Shown here: positions 20,618-31,700 of the stretch, piece after piece
Layout of the letters: the number at the start of each line of letters is the position of its first letter
Position numbering within the stretch: position 1 is the stretch's first letter
DNA from: an uncultured Piscirickettsiaceae bacterium
GTDB taxonomy: Bacteria; Pseudomonadota; Gammaproteobacteria; PS1; Pseudothioglobaceae
Reading direction: 5' to 3'
Length of the DNA stretch: 38,513 nucleotides
Assembly: GCA_964510245.1 (NCBI GenBank)
Contig: CAZEAO010000001.1
Coordinates: 1-38,513 of the forward strand
Notes under the pieces: generated by a model
The model's database searches: none
The model's input: the letters and a program-made list of their open reading frames with translations, nothing else
Told to the model about the DNA's origin: nothing
Program-made: the position numbers and the translations under genes

Positions 20618-20680
20618 TATGTTGTCTCAAAAATATTTGATTATATCAATTTTAGGGCTTTTATTTAGTTTCCTTCTGAC

Positions 20681-20706
20681 AAAAAAAAAGCCACATTTGT
20701 GGCTTT
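20681..20706 (-). terminator. rho-independent terminator after rpmE
   Basis: AAAGCCAC-aaat-GTGGCTTT followed by a T run on the - strand. Confidence 0.8.
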
Positions 20707-20726
20707 AAGTGTATCACTCTTCAATA

Positions 20727-20939
20727 TTAACGTTTGTATGCACCGTAACGTGATTTGAACTTTTCAACACGGCCAGCAGTATCCATAATTTTTTGCTTTC
20801 CTGTGTAAAAAGGGTGACAGTTTGAACAAACGTCAAGATGAATTTCGTCTTTACTTGAAGTTGAGCGCGTCTCGAATGAGTTACCGCAACTGCACACAAC
20901 TTTAATAGTTTCGTATGAAGGATGAATATCTGTTTGCAT
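20727..20939 (-). CDS. rpmE: 50S ribosomal protein L31, zinc-binding type; probable start is MQTDIHP at 20939
   Basis: Motifs [20 protein letters not shown] and GRVEKF. Confidence 0.96.
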   Translation of the reverse strand: MQTDIHPSYETIKVVCSCGNSFETRSTSSKDEIHLDVCSNCHPFYTGKQKIMDTAGRVEKFKSRYGAYKR

Positions 20940-20982
20940 AGCTTTTTTATCTTCAAGTTTCAAAAAGAAGGTGAATTATATA

Positions 20983-21210
20983 CTATCTCTCACTTGGGGT
21001 GAATGTTTTAACACTTAAAGCGTGTAACTCTCCGCTCTTAATTTCTTCCTTAACTAAGCCTAAGACTAGTCTTTGCCTTTGCAGTAGAGACATACCTTCA
21101 AAAGCTGAGGAAACAATGACAGCTGAACAGTTACAACCATCTCCTTCCATGCTAACATCGGCACCTTCTAGTCCTATTTCAAGTTTTTTTTGAACCTCTT
21201 CTAATGTCAT
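20983..21210 (-). CDS. BolA/IbaG-family protein
   Basis: Motifs GDGC, VSSAFEG, QRLV and HALS..T.TP. Confidence 0.92.
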   Translation of the reverse strand: MTLEEVQKKLEIGLEGADVSMEGDGCNCSAVIVSSAFEGMSLLQRQRLVLGLVKEEIKSGELHALSVKTFTPSER

Positions 21211-21244
21211 AACGTGCTAAAGTTTTTTAGCTAAATTATACTTA

Positions 21245-22525
21245 CTATGCACTAAAAATCCCTTTAAGCGCAAAGAAAAATAAAATCGACATTAGTGCGC
21301 CTGCAGGCAAGGTGATGACCCAAGAAAGAAAGATTCTATTTATTACCCTTATGTTGAGTGATGCCAGCCCTCTTGCTATGCCCACACCCAAAACTGCACC
21401 AACAAGAACCTGAGTAGTAGACACAGGAAGTCCAGTATAAGATGCAAAAACAACTGTGGTTGCAGCGGCAAGTTCAGCTGAGAATCCTCGGCTTGGAGTT
21501 AATTCAGTAATATTTTTACCTATTGTTCGCATCACTCTAAACCCAAAAGTTGCAAGACCAAAAACGATTCCACCGCCTCCAACTAGCAATATCCAAGACG
21601 GTAATACACTTTTTGACACAATTTGCCCGCCTGACTCAACAATACTATAGACTGCAGCTAAAGGTCCTATTGCATTTGCAACGTCATTAGATCCATGAGC
21701 GAAAGCCATTGAGCAAGCAGTAATCACCATAAGTGCACCAAAAAGTTTCTCCATGTTAGCATAAGAGAAATCATTATCATCCTCAGGATTTGACTTAATC
21801 CGCCTTAAAATAATTGCAGCGATAATTGATGCTATTATTCCTACAAAAGTCGCTATCATCATACTTGTAGGCAAATCTTTACCAAGATGCTTTAATGATT
21901 CGACATGCTTAAGACCCTTTAATAGTGTCACTAATGAAAGAACAAAGCCCACAAAAAAGACATAAAAAGGAAGATATTTTTTAGCATTATCAAACGGGGT
22001 ATCAGTATCAATTACAAGGCGTTGTAAACTTTTAAATATTATGATTGCCATTGATCCTGCAATGAGAGGTGAGACCACCCAGCTAGCTATAATAGCATAT
22101 ACCTTACCCCATGAAACTGCCTCAATGCCAATACCAACAGCACCAAAACCGACAATTGCGCCAACAATTGAATGCGTAGTTGAAACAGGCCAGCCAAGTG
22201 ATGAGGCAATTAGAAGCCATGTTGCAGCCGCTAAAAGTGATGCGAGCATTCCATAAACTAATAATTCTGGATTTGATGTAAATGCACCTGCATCAAGAAT
22301 GCCTTTACGAACCGTTGCTGTCACCTCTCCACCAGCCAAGACAGCACCCGCAAATTCAAAGATAACAGCGATAATAACTGCCTGTTTAAAGGTTATAGCA
22401 CCAGAGCCAACTGATGTGCCCATCGCATTTGCTACATCGTTAGCGCCAATACCCCAAGCCATAAATAGGCCAAATCCAATGGCCAACATGATAAGCATAT
22501 CACTGTTTTGAAGGATGATTTCCAT
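21245..22525 (-). CDS. inorganic phosphate transporter, PiT family
   Basis: Paired signatures GANDVANA and HGSNDVANA; PVSTT repeats. Confidence 0.95.
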   Translation of the reverse strand: MEIILQNSDMLIMLAIGFGLFMAWGIGANDVANAMGTSVGSGAITFKQAVIIAVIFEFAGAVLAGGEVTATVRKGILDAGAFTSNPELLVYGMLASLLAAATWLLIASSLGWPVSTTHSIVGAIVGFGAVGIGIEAVSWGKVYAIIASWVVSPLIAGSMAIIIFKSLQRLVIDTDTPFDNAKKYLPFYVFFVGFVLSLVTLLKGLKHVESLKHLGKDLPTSMMIATFVGIIASIIAAIILRRIKSNPEDDNDFSYANMEKLFGALMVITACSMAFAHGSNDVANAIGPLAAVYSIVESGGQIVSKSVLPSWILLVGGGGIVFGLATFGFRVMRTIGKNITELTPSRGFSAELAAATTVVFASYTGLPVSTTQVLVGAVLGVGIARGLASLNIRVINRIFLSWVITLPAGALMSILFFFALKGIFSA

Positions 22526-22534
22526 TGTGCGCCC

Positions 22535-23215
22535 CTATTTTGTCAACATAACTTCGAAACGCGAACCTACCTTTTGAGCAGCATCAGCAGTTTCTCCAAG
22601 CCACTCAATGGCTCGGTAATAAAACATTACATCGACGGGAGGTAATGACGCTTCAAGTAAATAAAGCTTATTCCTTATTAACTCTTGAGCAACATCAGTT
22701 TCATGCTCTAATTCATTAACCTTCTTTATCATCTTATCAACAATTTTGCGCTCCCGACTACTGAAAGCAGTCTCTAATAGCTCATCTAATTCATTAATTG
22801 CTACTAGTGCAGCAGCTGAGGTTTTAATACACAGTTTGGATAATTCTATAAAATCATCTGCAAATTCTTTTGGAAAAACCATTTTCCGTGACATCATCAA
22901 ACCTGCAAGATCTTTAGTGATATTTGCAATAGAGTCCTGAATTAACAATACATCTAATAGGTCCCTTCTAGAAAAAGGCATCATAAATGTACTAGGAAGA
23001 TTCATTCTTAGTTTTTTCTTTAAAACATCAGCTTTATGCTCCTTGTTACCAATTGAAGTTTGAGCCAATTGGGCCTTTTCCCAATCTTCAGATTTAGCAG
23101 CCTTAGCAAATACACCGAACTCTTTTAGGCACGAGTGAACTTGCTTCATGTGCTTCTGAAGTGGACTTATTGGAGATTTGCCAAATAAACTTGTTATATT
23201 GTCATTTCTCGTCAT
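22535..23215 (-). CDS. Pit accessory protein (TIGR00153/DUF47, PhoU-like)
   Basis: Motifs EHKAD and EHETD, SP...LQ.H; lies directly upstream of pit. Confidence 0.9.
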   Translation of the reverse strand: MTRNDNITSLFGKSPISPLQKHMKQVHSCLKEFGVFAKAAKSEDWEKAQLAQTSIGNKEHKADVLKKKLRMNLPSTFMMPFSRRDLLDVLLIQDSIANITKDLAGLMMSRKMVFPKEFADDFIELSKLCIKTSAAALVAINELDELLETAFSSRERKIVDKMIKKVNELEHETDVAQELIRNKLYLLEASLPPVDVMFYYRAIEWLGETADAAQKVGSRFEVMLTK

Positions 23216-23461
23216 ATCTCTAATCTTCCTCTTTTGATTTAAGGTTAAAAATACTAAATGAAACTCAATTTATTAACTAATTATGTCAAAACGCGAATTA
23301 TAGCGTTATATTTTGTAATCAATATTTTTTTTTGTTACGTGAAACAAGCGAATTAAATTTAATTCAACTTAGAATATTATAACCGACAACAAAATTGATA
23401 CGAAAAGGCTTGAAGAATATACATCAAAGAAGTATGGTTGAAAATTATTAAATTAAATCAA

Positions 23462-23875
23462 CTATTGTTCGCTCAAAAGATAGGTCTTTATATAAGACAG
23501 TAATTCTTTTTTTATCTGCTCAAAACAAACCTCAAAAGCCCCATAGTTCTTTCCATCTGGATCATCAAAACCTATATGAGTGACAGTGGTGGTGCCTGGA
23601 AAGACTGGGCAGGTTTGACTTGCATTCTCACAGACAGTGATGACCAAATCAAATGGGATATTCATTACAGTGTCTATGGTCTTAGAATGATACCCATCAT
23701 TCCAAATACCTTTTGATTGGAGGATTTTCTTCGCATTCGGATTAACAACTCCACTCGCAGAAACGCCGCTTGAATATGCCTTTATTTTTCCTGGAAAATG
23801 GCTATTGATTAGTGCCTCAGCAATAATACTGCGACAGCTATTTCCAGTACAAAGAACCAAAACTTTTTTAAACAT
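23462..23875 (-). CDS. arsC: arsenate reductase, thioredoxin-coupled LMW-PTPase type
   Basis: P-loop CTGNSCRS, resolving cysteines TVC..CP, and FDDP. Confidence 0.85.
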   Translation of the reverse strand: MFKKVLVLCTGNSCRSIIAEALINSHFPGKIKAYSSGVSASGVVNPNAKKILQSKGIWNDGYHSKTIDTVMNIPFDLVITVCENASQTCPVFPGTTTVTHIGFDDPDGKNYGAFEVCFEQIKKELLSYIKTYLLSEQ

Positions 23876-24059
23876 TGAGTTATTAAATGATTAGATCAAA
23901 TGAAATGGCCCTTTGTCATAAACTTTAAATACTATAGGCATATTGCAAATGCTTTTTTATTTGGTGTCTAATGGTATAAAGGGTAACATTATACAAAAGT
24001 TCAAGAAAATTAATCCAAACATTATTACTTTTTCAAAAAGATACTAGCCCATCGCAAAA

Positions 24060-25415
24060 ATGAATACTGCTATCATATTAGCCGCTGGTCAAGGCACTAG
24101 AATGAACTCAAATACTGCCAAAGTACTTCATAAAGTTGGTAAAAAATATTTACTTCAACACGTTATCGACTGCTCCAAAGAACTTGTCGAAAAAATTAAT
24201 GTAATTGTTGGTCATAATTCTCAGTCAATCAAAGATGCAATAGTTGATACCAAGGTTAATTGGGTTTTCCAAGAAGAACAACTTGGCACTGGACATGCTG
24301 TACAGCAATCTATACCCTTCATTGAAGATAGCTCAATTTGTTTAATACTGTATGCTGATGTACCACTTATTCAAACAAAAACTCTACAAAAATTACTTAA
24401 AAAGGCTGACTCTTCAGGCTTTGCACTTTTGAGTGTTGTTCTAGAAGATCCATTTGGTTATGGTCGAATAATAAGAAACTCTAACCAATCTATTCAATCC
24501 ATAATTGAACAGAAAGATGCAACTGAAAAACAACTTCAAATTAAAGAAATCAACACGGGAATCATGGCTATTAAGGGGTTACTACTGAAAAAGTATTTGA
24601 GAGAATTGAAGCCAAATAATTCTCAGGGCGAGTTTTATCTGACTGATATTGTTGAAAAAGCTGTCAAAGATAATGTTAATATTGCTTCATTTATATGTGA
24701 GAATACTGCAGAAGTCATGGGAGTGAATGACAAAAAACAACTATCCCAAGCTGAAAGAGCTTACCAGCTCAATCAGGCTGAAAATTTAATGTCTTCAGGC
24801 CTAACAATAATCGACCCTAAACGCTTTGATTGTCGGGGTAATTTAAATTTTGGTAGTGACTGCATTATAGATATCAACGTGGTTTTTGAGGGTGATAATG
24901 ATTTAGGGGAAAATGTTCTAATTTCTCCGAACTGTATTATAAAAGACTCTAAAATCGGCGATAATACACATATATTGCCTAATTCAATTATAGAAAATTC
25001 TAACATTGGATCAAACACAAAAATTGGTCCTTTTGCAAGAATTCGCCCTGAAACCAAAATCGGGAATTATTCGAAGATTGGAAACTTTGTTGAAGTTAAA
25101 AAATCATCTATCAAAAACAACACAAATGTATCGCACTTGAGCTATGTAGGCGATAGCAAAATTGGCAATGATGTCAATATAGGTGCTGGTGTTATAACCT
25201 GCAACTATGATGGAAAAAACAAACATCATACAGAGATTAAAGATGGCTCCTTCATAGGTTCAAATAGTCAATTAGTTGCACCTGTGACTATTGGAAAAAA
25301 CGCAACGATTGGAGCAGGATCGACAATTACTCAAAATGCTCCAGACAATAAACTGACCTTGAGTAGAAACAAGCAGTCGACTATTGATAAATGGAAACGA
25401 CCAAAAAGGAAATAG
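24060..25415 (+). CDS. glmU: bifunctional UDP-GlcNAc pyrophosphorylase/acetyltransferase
   Basis: Motifs LAAGQGTRM, GYGRI, hexapeptide repeats and NYDG. Confidence 0.97.
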   Translation: MNTAIILAAGQGTRMNSNTAKVLHKVGKKYLLQHVIDCSKELVEKINVIVGHNSQSIKDAIVDTKVNWVFQEEQLGTGHAVQQSIPFIEDSSICLILYADVPLIQTKTLQKLLKKADSSGFALLSVVLEDPFGYGRIIRNSNQSIQSIIEQKDATEKQLQIKEINTGIMAIKGLLLKKYLRELKPNNSQGEFYLTDIVEKAVKDNVNIASFICENTAEVMGVNDKKQLSQAERAYQLNQAENLMSSGLTIIDPKRFDCRGNLNFGSDCIIDINVVFEGDNDLGENVLISPNCIIKDSKIGDNTHILPNSIIENSNIGSNTKIGPFARIRPETKIGNYSKIGNFVEVKKSSIKNNTNVSHLSYVGDSKIGNDVNIGAGVITCNYDGKNKHHTEIKDGSFIGSNSQLVAPVTIGKNATIGAGSTITQNAPDNKLTLSRNKQSTIDKWKRPKRK

Positions 25416-25440
25416 CTCTTACTTTGCTGTCTAGGTCAGC

Positions 25441-26613
25441 ATGTTGAATCTCCCTAAAAATGTATGGATTCTGACTGCCTGTCAGTCGTTATTTATGTCA
25501 CTGAGTGTATTTATGGTTTTTGTTGCTGGAATAATTGGTAGTGAACTCTCTCCAACAAAAAGCCTATCAACTCTCCCCGTTGCGACCATTGTTGTCGGAA
25601 CTGCCGTAAGCGTCATTCCTGTAATACGACTCATGTCTATGTTTGGCCGTAAAAAGGTTTTTCTGAGTTCTTGTCTCTATTCAATTGCTCTAATCGGTCT
25701 TTGTATATTTTCAATCTCAAAAGAAATATTCTATCTATATAGTTTCTCTAGTTTTTGTCTTGGTGCAAGCGTTGCAACAATGATGCAATTTCGTTTTGCA
25801 GCAATTGAGACTGTATCTTTAGAAAAAAGACCAGCAGCAACTGCGGTGGTTCTTCTTGGTGGCTTGATCTCTGCATTTCTTGGAACAGAAATCGCAACCA
25901 TTGGAAAAAATTTCTTTGAAACTGACTTTGTTGGATCATTTTTACTTTTGGGGATGCTCTTTATAGTTGCATTTATATTAATGACCTTTTTTGAGCCAAC
26001 GGTTAAATTTAAGGAACAAGTTAATCAATCAAAACGTCGTTTATCGGACATAATTCAGCAAGGCTCATTTATAGTTGCTGTGTCAGCTGCGACTACTGGA
26101 TATGTTGTGATGAGTTTTATCATGACAGCTACTCCTTTAAGCATGCATGTCATGGATGGTCATTCTCTTCACCATACTAAATTTGTTCTTCAAAGCCATG
26201 TCATCGCTATGTTCCTTCCTTCCCTATTTACTGCCTTCATGATCAAATATATAGGTCTAACTCGCCTGATGTTGTTAGGTGTTTTATTATTTTTTGTCTC
26301 GGTTATCATAGCTTTCGCTAGTCATGAACTGATTAACTACTGGTGGTCACTGGTACTTCTTGGACTAGGATGGAACTTCTTATTTATTGGCGGAACAAAT
26401 TTACTACCTAGTGCTTACACTGAAAATGAAAAGTTTAGAGCTCAATCCATTAATGACTTTTTAGTTTTTGGATTTCAAGCTTTTGCCGCACTTTCTGCAG
26501 GTTGGTTTCTCTTTAATTTCAGTTGGGAAGTCGTACTTTTATCGGTTATTCCATTACTGTTTTTACAGCTGATGGTACTTCTATGGTGGCTCATGAATGA
26601 AAATAACTCTTAA
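25441..26613 (+). CDS. MFS transporter (RfnT-like subfamily)
   Basis: About 12 TM segments; motifs RFAA, MTATPL, HVIAMFLPS and GWNF. Confidence 0.85.
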   Translation: MLNLPKNVWILTACQSLFMSLSVFMVFVAGIIGSELSPTKSLSTLPVATIVVGTAVSVIPVIRLMSMFGRKKVFLSSCLYSIALIGLCIFSISKEIFYLYSFSSFCLGASVATMMQFRFAAIETVSLEKRPAATAVVLLGGLISAFLGTEIATIGKNFFETDFVGSFLLLGMLFIVAFILMTFFEPTVKFKEQVNQSKRRLSDIIQQGSFIVAVSAATTGYVVMSFIMTATPLSMHVMDGHSLHHTKFVLQSHVIAMFLPSLFTAFMIKYIGLTRLMLLGVLLFFVSVIIAFASHELINYWWSLVLLGLGWNFLFIGGTNLLPSAYTENEKFRAQSINDFLVFGFQAFAALSAGWFLFNFSWEVVLLSVIPLLFLQLMVLLWWLMNENNS

Positions 26614-26660
26614 CACTTGTTTTGTATTACAATTCACACAATTCTTCATCAAAAAATAAT

Positions 26661-27484
26661 ATGTTTAAAGCTGAACCTCTCACTCCCTCAGTTGGTGCTC
26701 TTATATCAGGCATATCACTTAACAATCTAGGTAGTGATGATGTTGAACAGCTCTATCAAGCCCTAATTAAACATCAGGTTATTTTTTTAGAAATCAAGAG
26801 CTGACTCCTAAATCTCACATGAATCTTGCTGAAAGCTTAGGTGATATTGATCCTGGTCATCCTGTTTATCCTCATGTTGATGGCTATCAAAGCATTGTTT
26901 TACTCAAGAATGATGAAAATAATAAACCTGACACTAATGACTGGCACAAAGATCTGACCTTTAAGGCGAACCCGCCATTTGCCAGCATTCTTCATGCCAT
27001 TAAAGTTCCTAAAGTGGGTGGCGATACTCTTTGGGCAAGTATGAGTGCTGCCTATGATCAGCTTCCAGCAGGCTGGAAAAATCAATTAGAAAACCTTGAA
27101 GCCATTCATGATATGGGTACATTTAGAAATGATTTTTTCAAAGAAGGTGGTATTGACTCAGTAAACAGTGCACTTCAAAAAGTAGGTTCGGCAGTTCATA
27201 AAGTGATAGAAACTCATCCAATTTCTGGACTCAAGTATTTAAACGTCAACCAAGCCTTTACTCGCAATATTCTTAATGAAAGTCAAGGCCCAAGTGATTA
27301 TATATTGCAGTTCTTGTTTCAGCACATGAATAAACCAGAATTTCAAGTAAGATTTCACTGGGAAGATAATTCTGTTGCGATTTGGGATAACCGAATAACT
27401 CAGCACTATGCAGTATCTGACTACTTACCAGAATTTAGGCATATGCAGCGAATCACCGTTGTGAATGATAAGAGATCAGTCTAA
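26661..27484 (+). pseudogene. TauD/TfdA-family 2-oxoglutarate/Fe(II) dioxygenase, split by a frameshift at T7 (26782-26788)
   Basis: The N-terminal part is PLTPSVGALISG...LIKHQVIF. The C-terminal part has WHKD (HxD), GGDTLW, WDNRITQH and R. Adding one T restores VIFFRNQELTPKSHM. Confidence 0.8.
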
Positions 27485-27490
27485 CAAAAA

Positions 27491-28654
27491 CTATAGATTC
27501 ATAAAACCCTGCTTTAAATCTTCAGTTAGTTCTTTAGTTTCCTCAAGTCCAATACTGAGACGTATAACATACTTACCATCATGAAGCCATTTACCATCTC
27601 GCTCGTAGGGTCTTGCAGTCAATAGACTTTTGTAACCACCCCAGCTAAAACCAAGCGAGAACATCTGAAGTGAGTTTATAAATCTAGCAATTTTTTCCGT
27701 GGAATAGTGCTCCTTGAATGTAAAAGAAAACAAGCCAGATGATCCTGAAAAATCTCTTTCCCATAAGGAATGTTGAGGGTGCGATTTTAGGCCAGGATGA
27801 ATAACACAATCTACAATATCCTGTTTTTCAAGCCATTGAGCTACCTCATTAGCCGACCTCTCGTGTTCCGCCAAACGAACTTTGAGAGTTCTTAGGCCTC
27901 TAAGGGCAGTGTAGCAATCTTGAGGGTTCGTGTAGTTTTCAACTGTTTTAAAGTAGTCTGCAAATTCTTCAGCATATTTCTTATTAACTGTTGCACAACC
28001 CATTAAAAGGTCGGAGTGTCCAGATATATACTTAGTGACTGATTGAATTGCAATATCAACACCAAGATTGAGCGGCTTAAGATACAGTGGCGTAGCCCAA
28101 GTACTATCGATGATTATCATCACACCAGTCTTTTTAGCAGCTTGCACTATCGCCTTTATATCTTGAATCTCAAAAGTATTTGAGCCTGGCGACTCTAAGA
28201 AAATAAGTCTCGTTTTATCATTAATATAATCAGTTATTTCAGACCCAATATTGGTTTCAATATGAGTTGTCTTAACATTATATTTTGCAAGAATATTATG
28301 ACAAAACCTTTTAGTTGGGCCGTAAGCATTATCACAAAGCAATATCTCATCGCCACTTCGAGTGAACGCCATTAAGGTATTAGTGATGGCGTTGATTCCC
28401 GATGGAAACGCATAAGTTCTATGGCCATTCTCTAATTTACATATAGCCTTCTCAAAGGCCTTTTGAGTAGACAACCCGTGAGTGCCATAATCAATACCTG
28501 GATAGTTTCCATCAAGAGCCAACTGCATGTCTTCAAAGTTGCTAAATAAAACTGTAGAGCCGCTTTGAACATCAGGATTAATAGTTCTAATTTTTCGACC
28601 GCCATATTCCTGAGTATAGTCAATCCAGCCAATGTTGTTGTTTTGCTTAGGCAT
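27491..28654 (-). CDS. metC: cystathionine beta-lyase (Cys/Met PLP enzyme)
   Basis: Motifs ESPGS, DSTW, SVTKYISGHSD (PLP Lys), FSWGG and RLSIGLE. Confidence 0.85.
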   Translation of the reverse strand: MPKQNNNIGWIDYTQEYGGRKIRTINPDVQSGSTVLFSNFEDMQLALDGNYPGIDYGTHGLSTQKAFEKAICKLENGHRTYAFPSGINAITNTLMAFTRSGDEILLCDNAYGPTKRFCHNILAKYNVKTTHIETNIGSEITDYINDKTRLIFLESPGSNTFEIQDIKAIVQAAKKTGVMIIIDSTWATPLYLKPLNLGVDIAIQSVTKYISGHSDLLMGCATVNKKYAEEFADYFKTVENYTNPQDCYTALRGLRTLKVRLAEHERSANEVAQWLEKQDIVDCVIHPGLKSHPQHSLWERDFSGSSGLFSFTFKEHYSTEKIARFINSLQMFSLGFSWGGYKSLLTARPYERDGKWLHDGKYVIRLSIGLEETKELTEDLKQGFMNL

Positions 28655-28733
28655 CTATATAAGTATTTCAATGATTGGCTGACATCATAGGAGGAATTGA
28701 ATACTTTGTCCAGTCATTTTCTAGAGAATTTAA

Positions 28734-31700
28734 TTAAAGAAGTATTAATTGGCTTACTGCTGGACAATAAATTGCTGCTCTAGAAGGTATTTTAAAGAAA
28801 TCTTTTAAAACTATCCTATATTCTTCAATTTGTGATTGATGAGATAGTCTTTGTCGCTCTATAAACTCATTGATAGTCTCGCCCTTATTTAGTGAAGCAG
28901 TTTTAAAATCAATAATCCATAGTGTTCCATCTTCAACAAATAAACGATCAATAATAACTGTTTGATTCGAGATACTATATTCTGCCTCTACCTCTGTAGT
29001 AGGTCTGTACTTAAAAATCCATTCAAAATTTATATCACGCCTAGTGTTTGAAAGTATATCTAAAATAGAATCAGAAAATGATTGAAGTAATTTTGATGGA
29101 ACTCCCTTTTCTCTCAACCTTGTTTCAACCGCCAGAGGAGATGGAGTAAACTCTGCAAGCTCCAAATAATGATGTACGATTGTCCCTAAAGTGCTCTTAT
29201 AAATTAAATCAAAGGTCTTCGGATAATTTGTATTCTCATCAGTATTACTAATATCGTTTATTAACAAAGGTGATAGTGTTTTGACTCTAATAAGTTTTGG
29301 CGCGACCAACTTGTCTAATTCTTGTTGGTTCATTTCATTATCAAAATCTAAGCTTTCTTCGTAATAGGAGCTCAATAAAGACAGAAATGATCCTTGTGCC
29401 GCCTTTCCATTTTTTGATACTCCGCCCAACAAGTAAACCTTATTCTTTGCTCGACTCATGGCAACATAAAGAAGCCTCATTAACTCAAAATGGGATTGCT
29501 GTTTTTTTAATTTTTGTAAGTAAAGATACGTTTCATCTTCCTCACTTTCATAGGAAGGCTTAATTGGGGACAATAAAACCATATTATTGGGAAATTCTTG
29601 AATTTGCATTATAGGAAGATTATCACTCCTTCCTTTTTTGCCAATTCCTGGAATGATTACAGTATCAAACTCAAGGCCCTTCGATTGATGAATAGTCATT
29701 AATTTAATGTTTGAAGGTTGAGACGGTGCATAAAGATCTTGGAGCATTGATTGAATCGTTTTGGTGTTTAAATTTTGATTCAACTCACAACGATTCAACA
29801 ATTCAAGAAACTGGGTTTTTATAGTCCGTTCAATATTTGTCAATTCATTTTCATTGAAAAGTTGACTTAAAACGAACGAGAAACGCTCAACAAAAGAGAA
29901 CTTGCTCTCAGAAAAAATTGCATCTCTTGTCGCTTGGTAGATATAAGTGCCTCTTTGTATCCCATCTGTACTCAGGCCTTGCAAAGTATCTAAATTCATC
30001 AACTGACTAAAAATTGTCTGGTCATTTGAGCGACTTATTATTAATAAGTCACTCAGTCTTATGCCGCACCAGGGCGACCTAAGTAAAGAGAGCCAAGCAA
30101 GCTTGTCGCTCAAACTCAACAATGCTCTAGATAAACTCAACAAATCCCTTGTAAATAGGTTGGACCTTAAAGTTTCAGTTTTAAGTGATTCAAAACTAAT
30201 ATTATTTTTTTGAAGAACTACAGAAATTTCATCAAGATGCGATCGGGATCGAACAAGAATAGCAATTTCTTTCTCAGGATTATCCAAAAGAGAATGACTA
30301 ATAATTGTATGTACCTTTTCAGCCTCTTCAAGATCTTGATTTGGTCCAAATGGTTGAAAAGATACTGCGTTATTTTGCTCCACATTAGAAAACGAATATG
30401 AATCAAAGTATTGAATCGCTCCTGTAATCAAATCATCACTCTGTGGAAAAATTTCAGAAAAAATTTCATTATTTGTCTCAACAATACTTTTATTTGATCT
30501 AAAGTTTGTATTTAATGCTAAAGGTTTAATTTGAAGATTACCGATGCCATTGCTAGCTGCATCAATAAATATTCCAACCTGAGATTCTCTAAATTTATAG
30601 ATAGATTGCATTGGGTCACCAACACAGAAAATTGTTTTTCCTTCATCTTGCTGCCATCCTTGTACTAATCTTTCAATTAAATTTAATTGGGAGTATGAAG
30701 TATCCTGAAACTCATCAATAAGAATATGTTTAATTTGATAGTCTAATAACAAAGCAATATCGCTTATTTCTCCACGACCATCTAGAGCATTTATTGCCTG
30801 AAAATTAACTTCTGGGAAGTCCTGAATAACTTCCTGATCGAAAATAATTTTAAGCTTTGCAACACTTAGCTTTAAAACTTGAGCAATATCTGATATAGAT
30901 TTTTTTGTTGACTCTTGAAAATTAGGGCTTGGCAAATTATCTAAATTAATCAGCATTTTTTTGAACTCTAGTTCTGAATCTAATCCTTCTAGGATTTTCA
31001 AAAATAATGCCTTCTCTTTTTTTAGTTCAGCTGGAAATCCAATTTTTTTGTCCACCCTCTTTCTCCAATCTCCGTTACTTTTTGTTATTAAAAGGTTAGA
31101 AATAATTTTCCACTCCTGTAAATCATCCGAAGTAACACCGGGTGGCTTTGTAATTTTTGAAATATCTTCTTTTTTATTAACCTGTAGAAGTTGAAAAAAT
31201 TTAGGTCTCAGTATTTCTTGTGCCTTAACTCTAAGATCTTTAAGATGGTTAACGATCAATTCTCTTGAAAACTCTTCTAAATGATTTATATCTAAAGCAC
31301 CAGTAGAATATATTTTTGGAAGCCACTGCTCTCTTTTTGAAAGCATTTGTTCAATGAGACGATAGAACCTATCTACATGGTTATCTAGATAAAGTAAAAC
31401 CGATGAGATAACAGGCTTATATTCATCATCCTCTATAAGAAGCAAGGTATCCTCTGCTGCCTGACGGTAAATAATCTCAGACTCAAAGGAATCAACAATC
31501 GTTCTGGGTGGTATCAACTGCTCTAAAGATGGAAATTTTGAAACAATCAAATTAGACAATGAATCAATGGTAATAATTTTTAGACGAGAGGGGTGATAGA
31601 TAAGATTCCAACCTCTCTTTTTAGATTGACTCAACACCTGAGAAGCAAGATTAAAGGTTTTAAGTTTATGCGCCTCCTTAGGTGGCTGGTTTTTTGCTTG

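Noticed and set aside
20714-20956. 80-aa alternative-frame ORF over rpmE
   Set aside because: It overlaps a clear L31 gene on the same strand and has no independent support
23913-23930. Possible Pho box (TTGTCAT-AAAC-TTTAAAT) between arsC and glmU
   Set aside because: The second half-site is poor, and such matches are expected by chance in AT-rich DNA
26622-26804. 60-aa ORF as an independent gene
   Set aside because: It is the N-terminal fragment of the frameshifted TauD-like gene, whose true start is at 26661
28689-28782. AGGAGGA on the + strand followed by a short TTG-start ORF antisense to the helicase end
   Set aside because: Poor spacing and start codon, and only about 25 codons; it is better explained as part of the - strand leader
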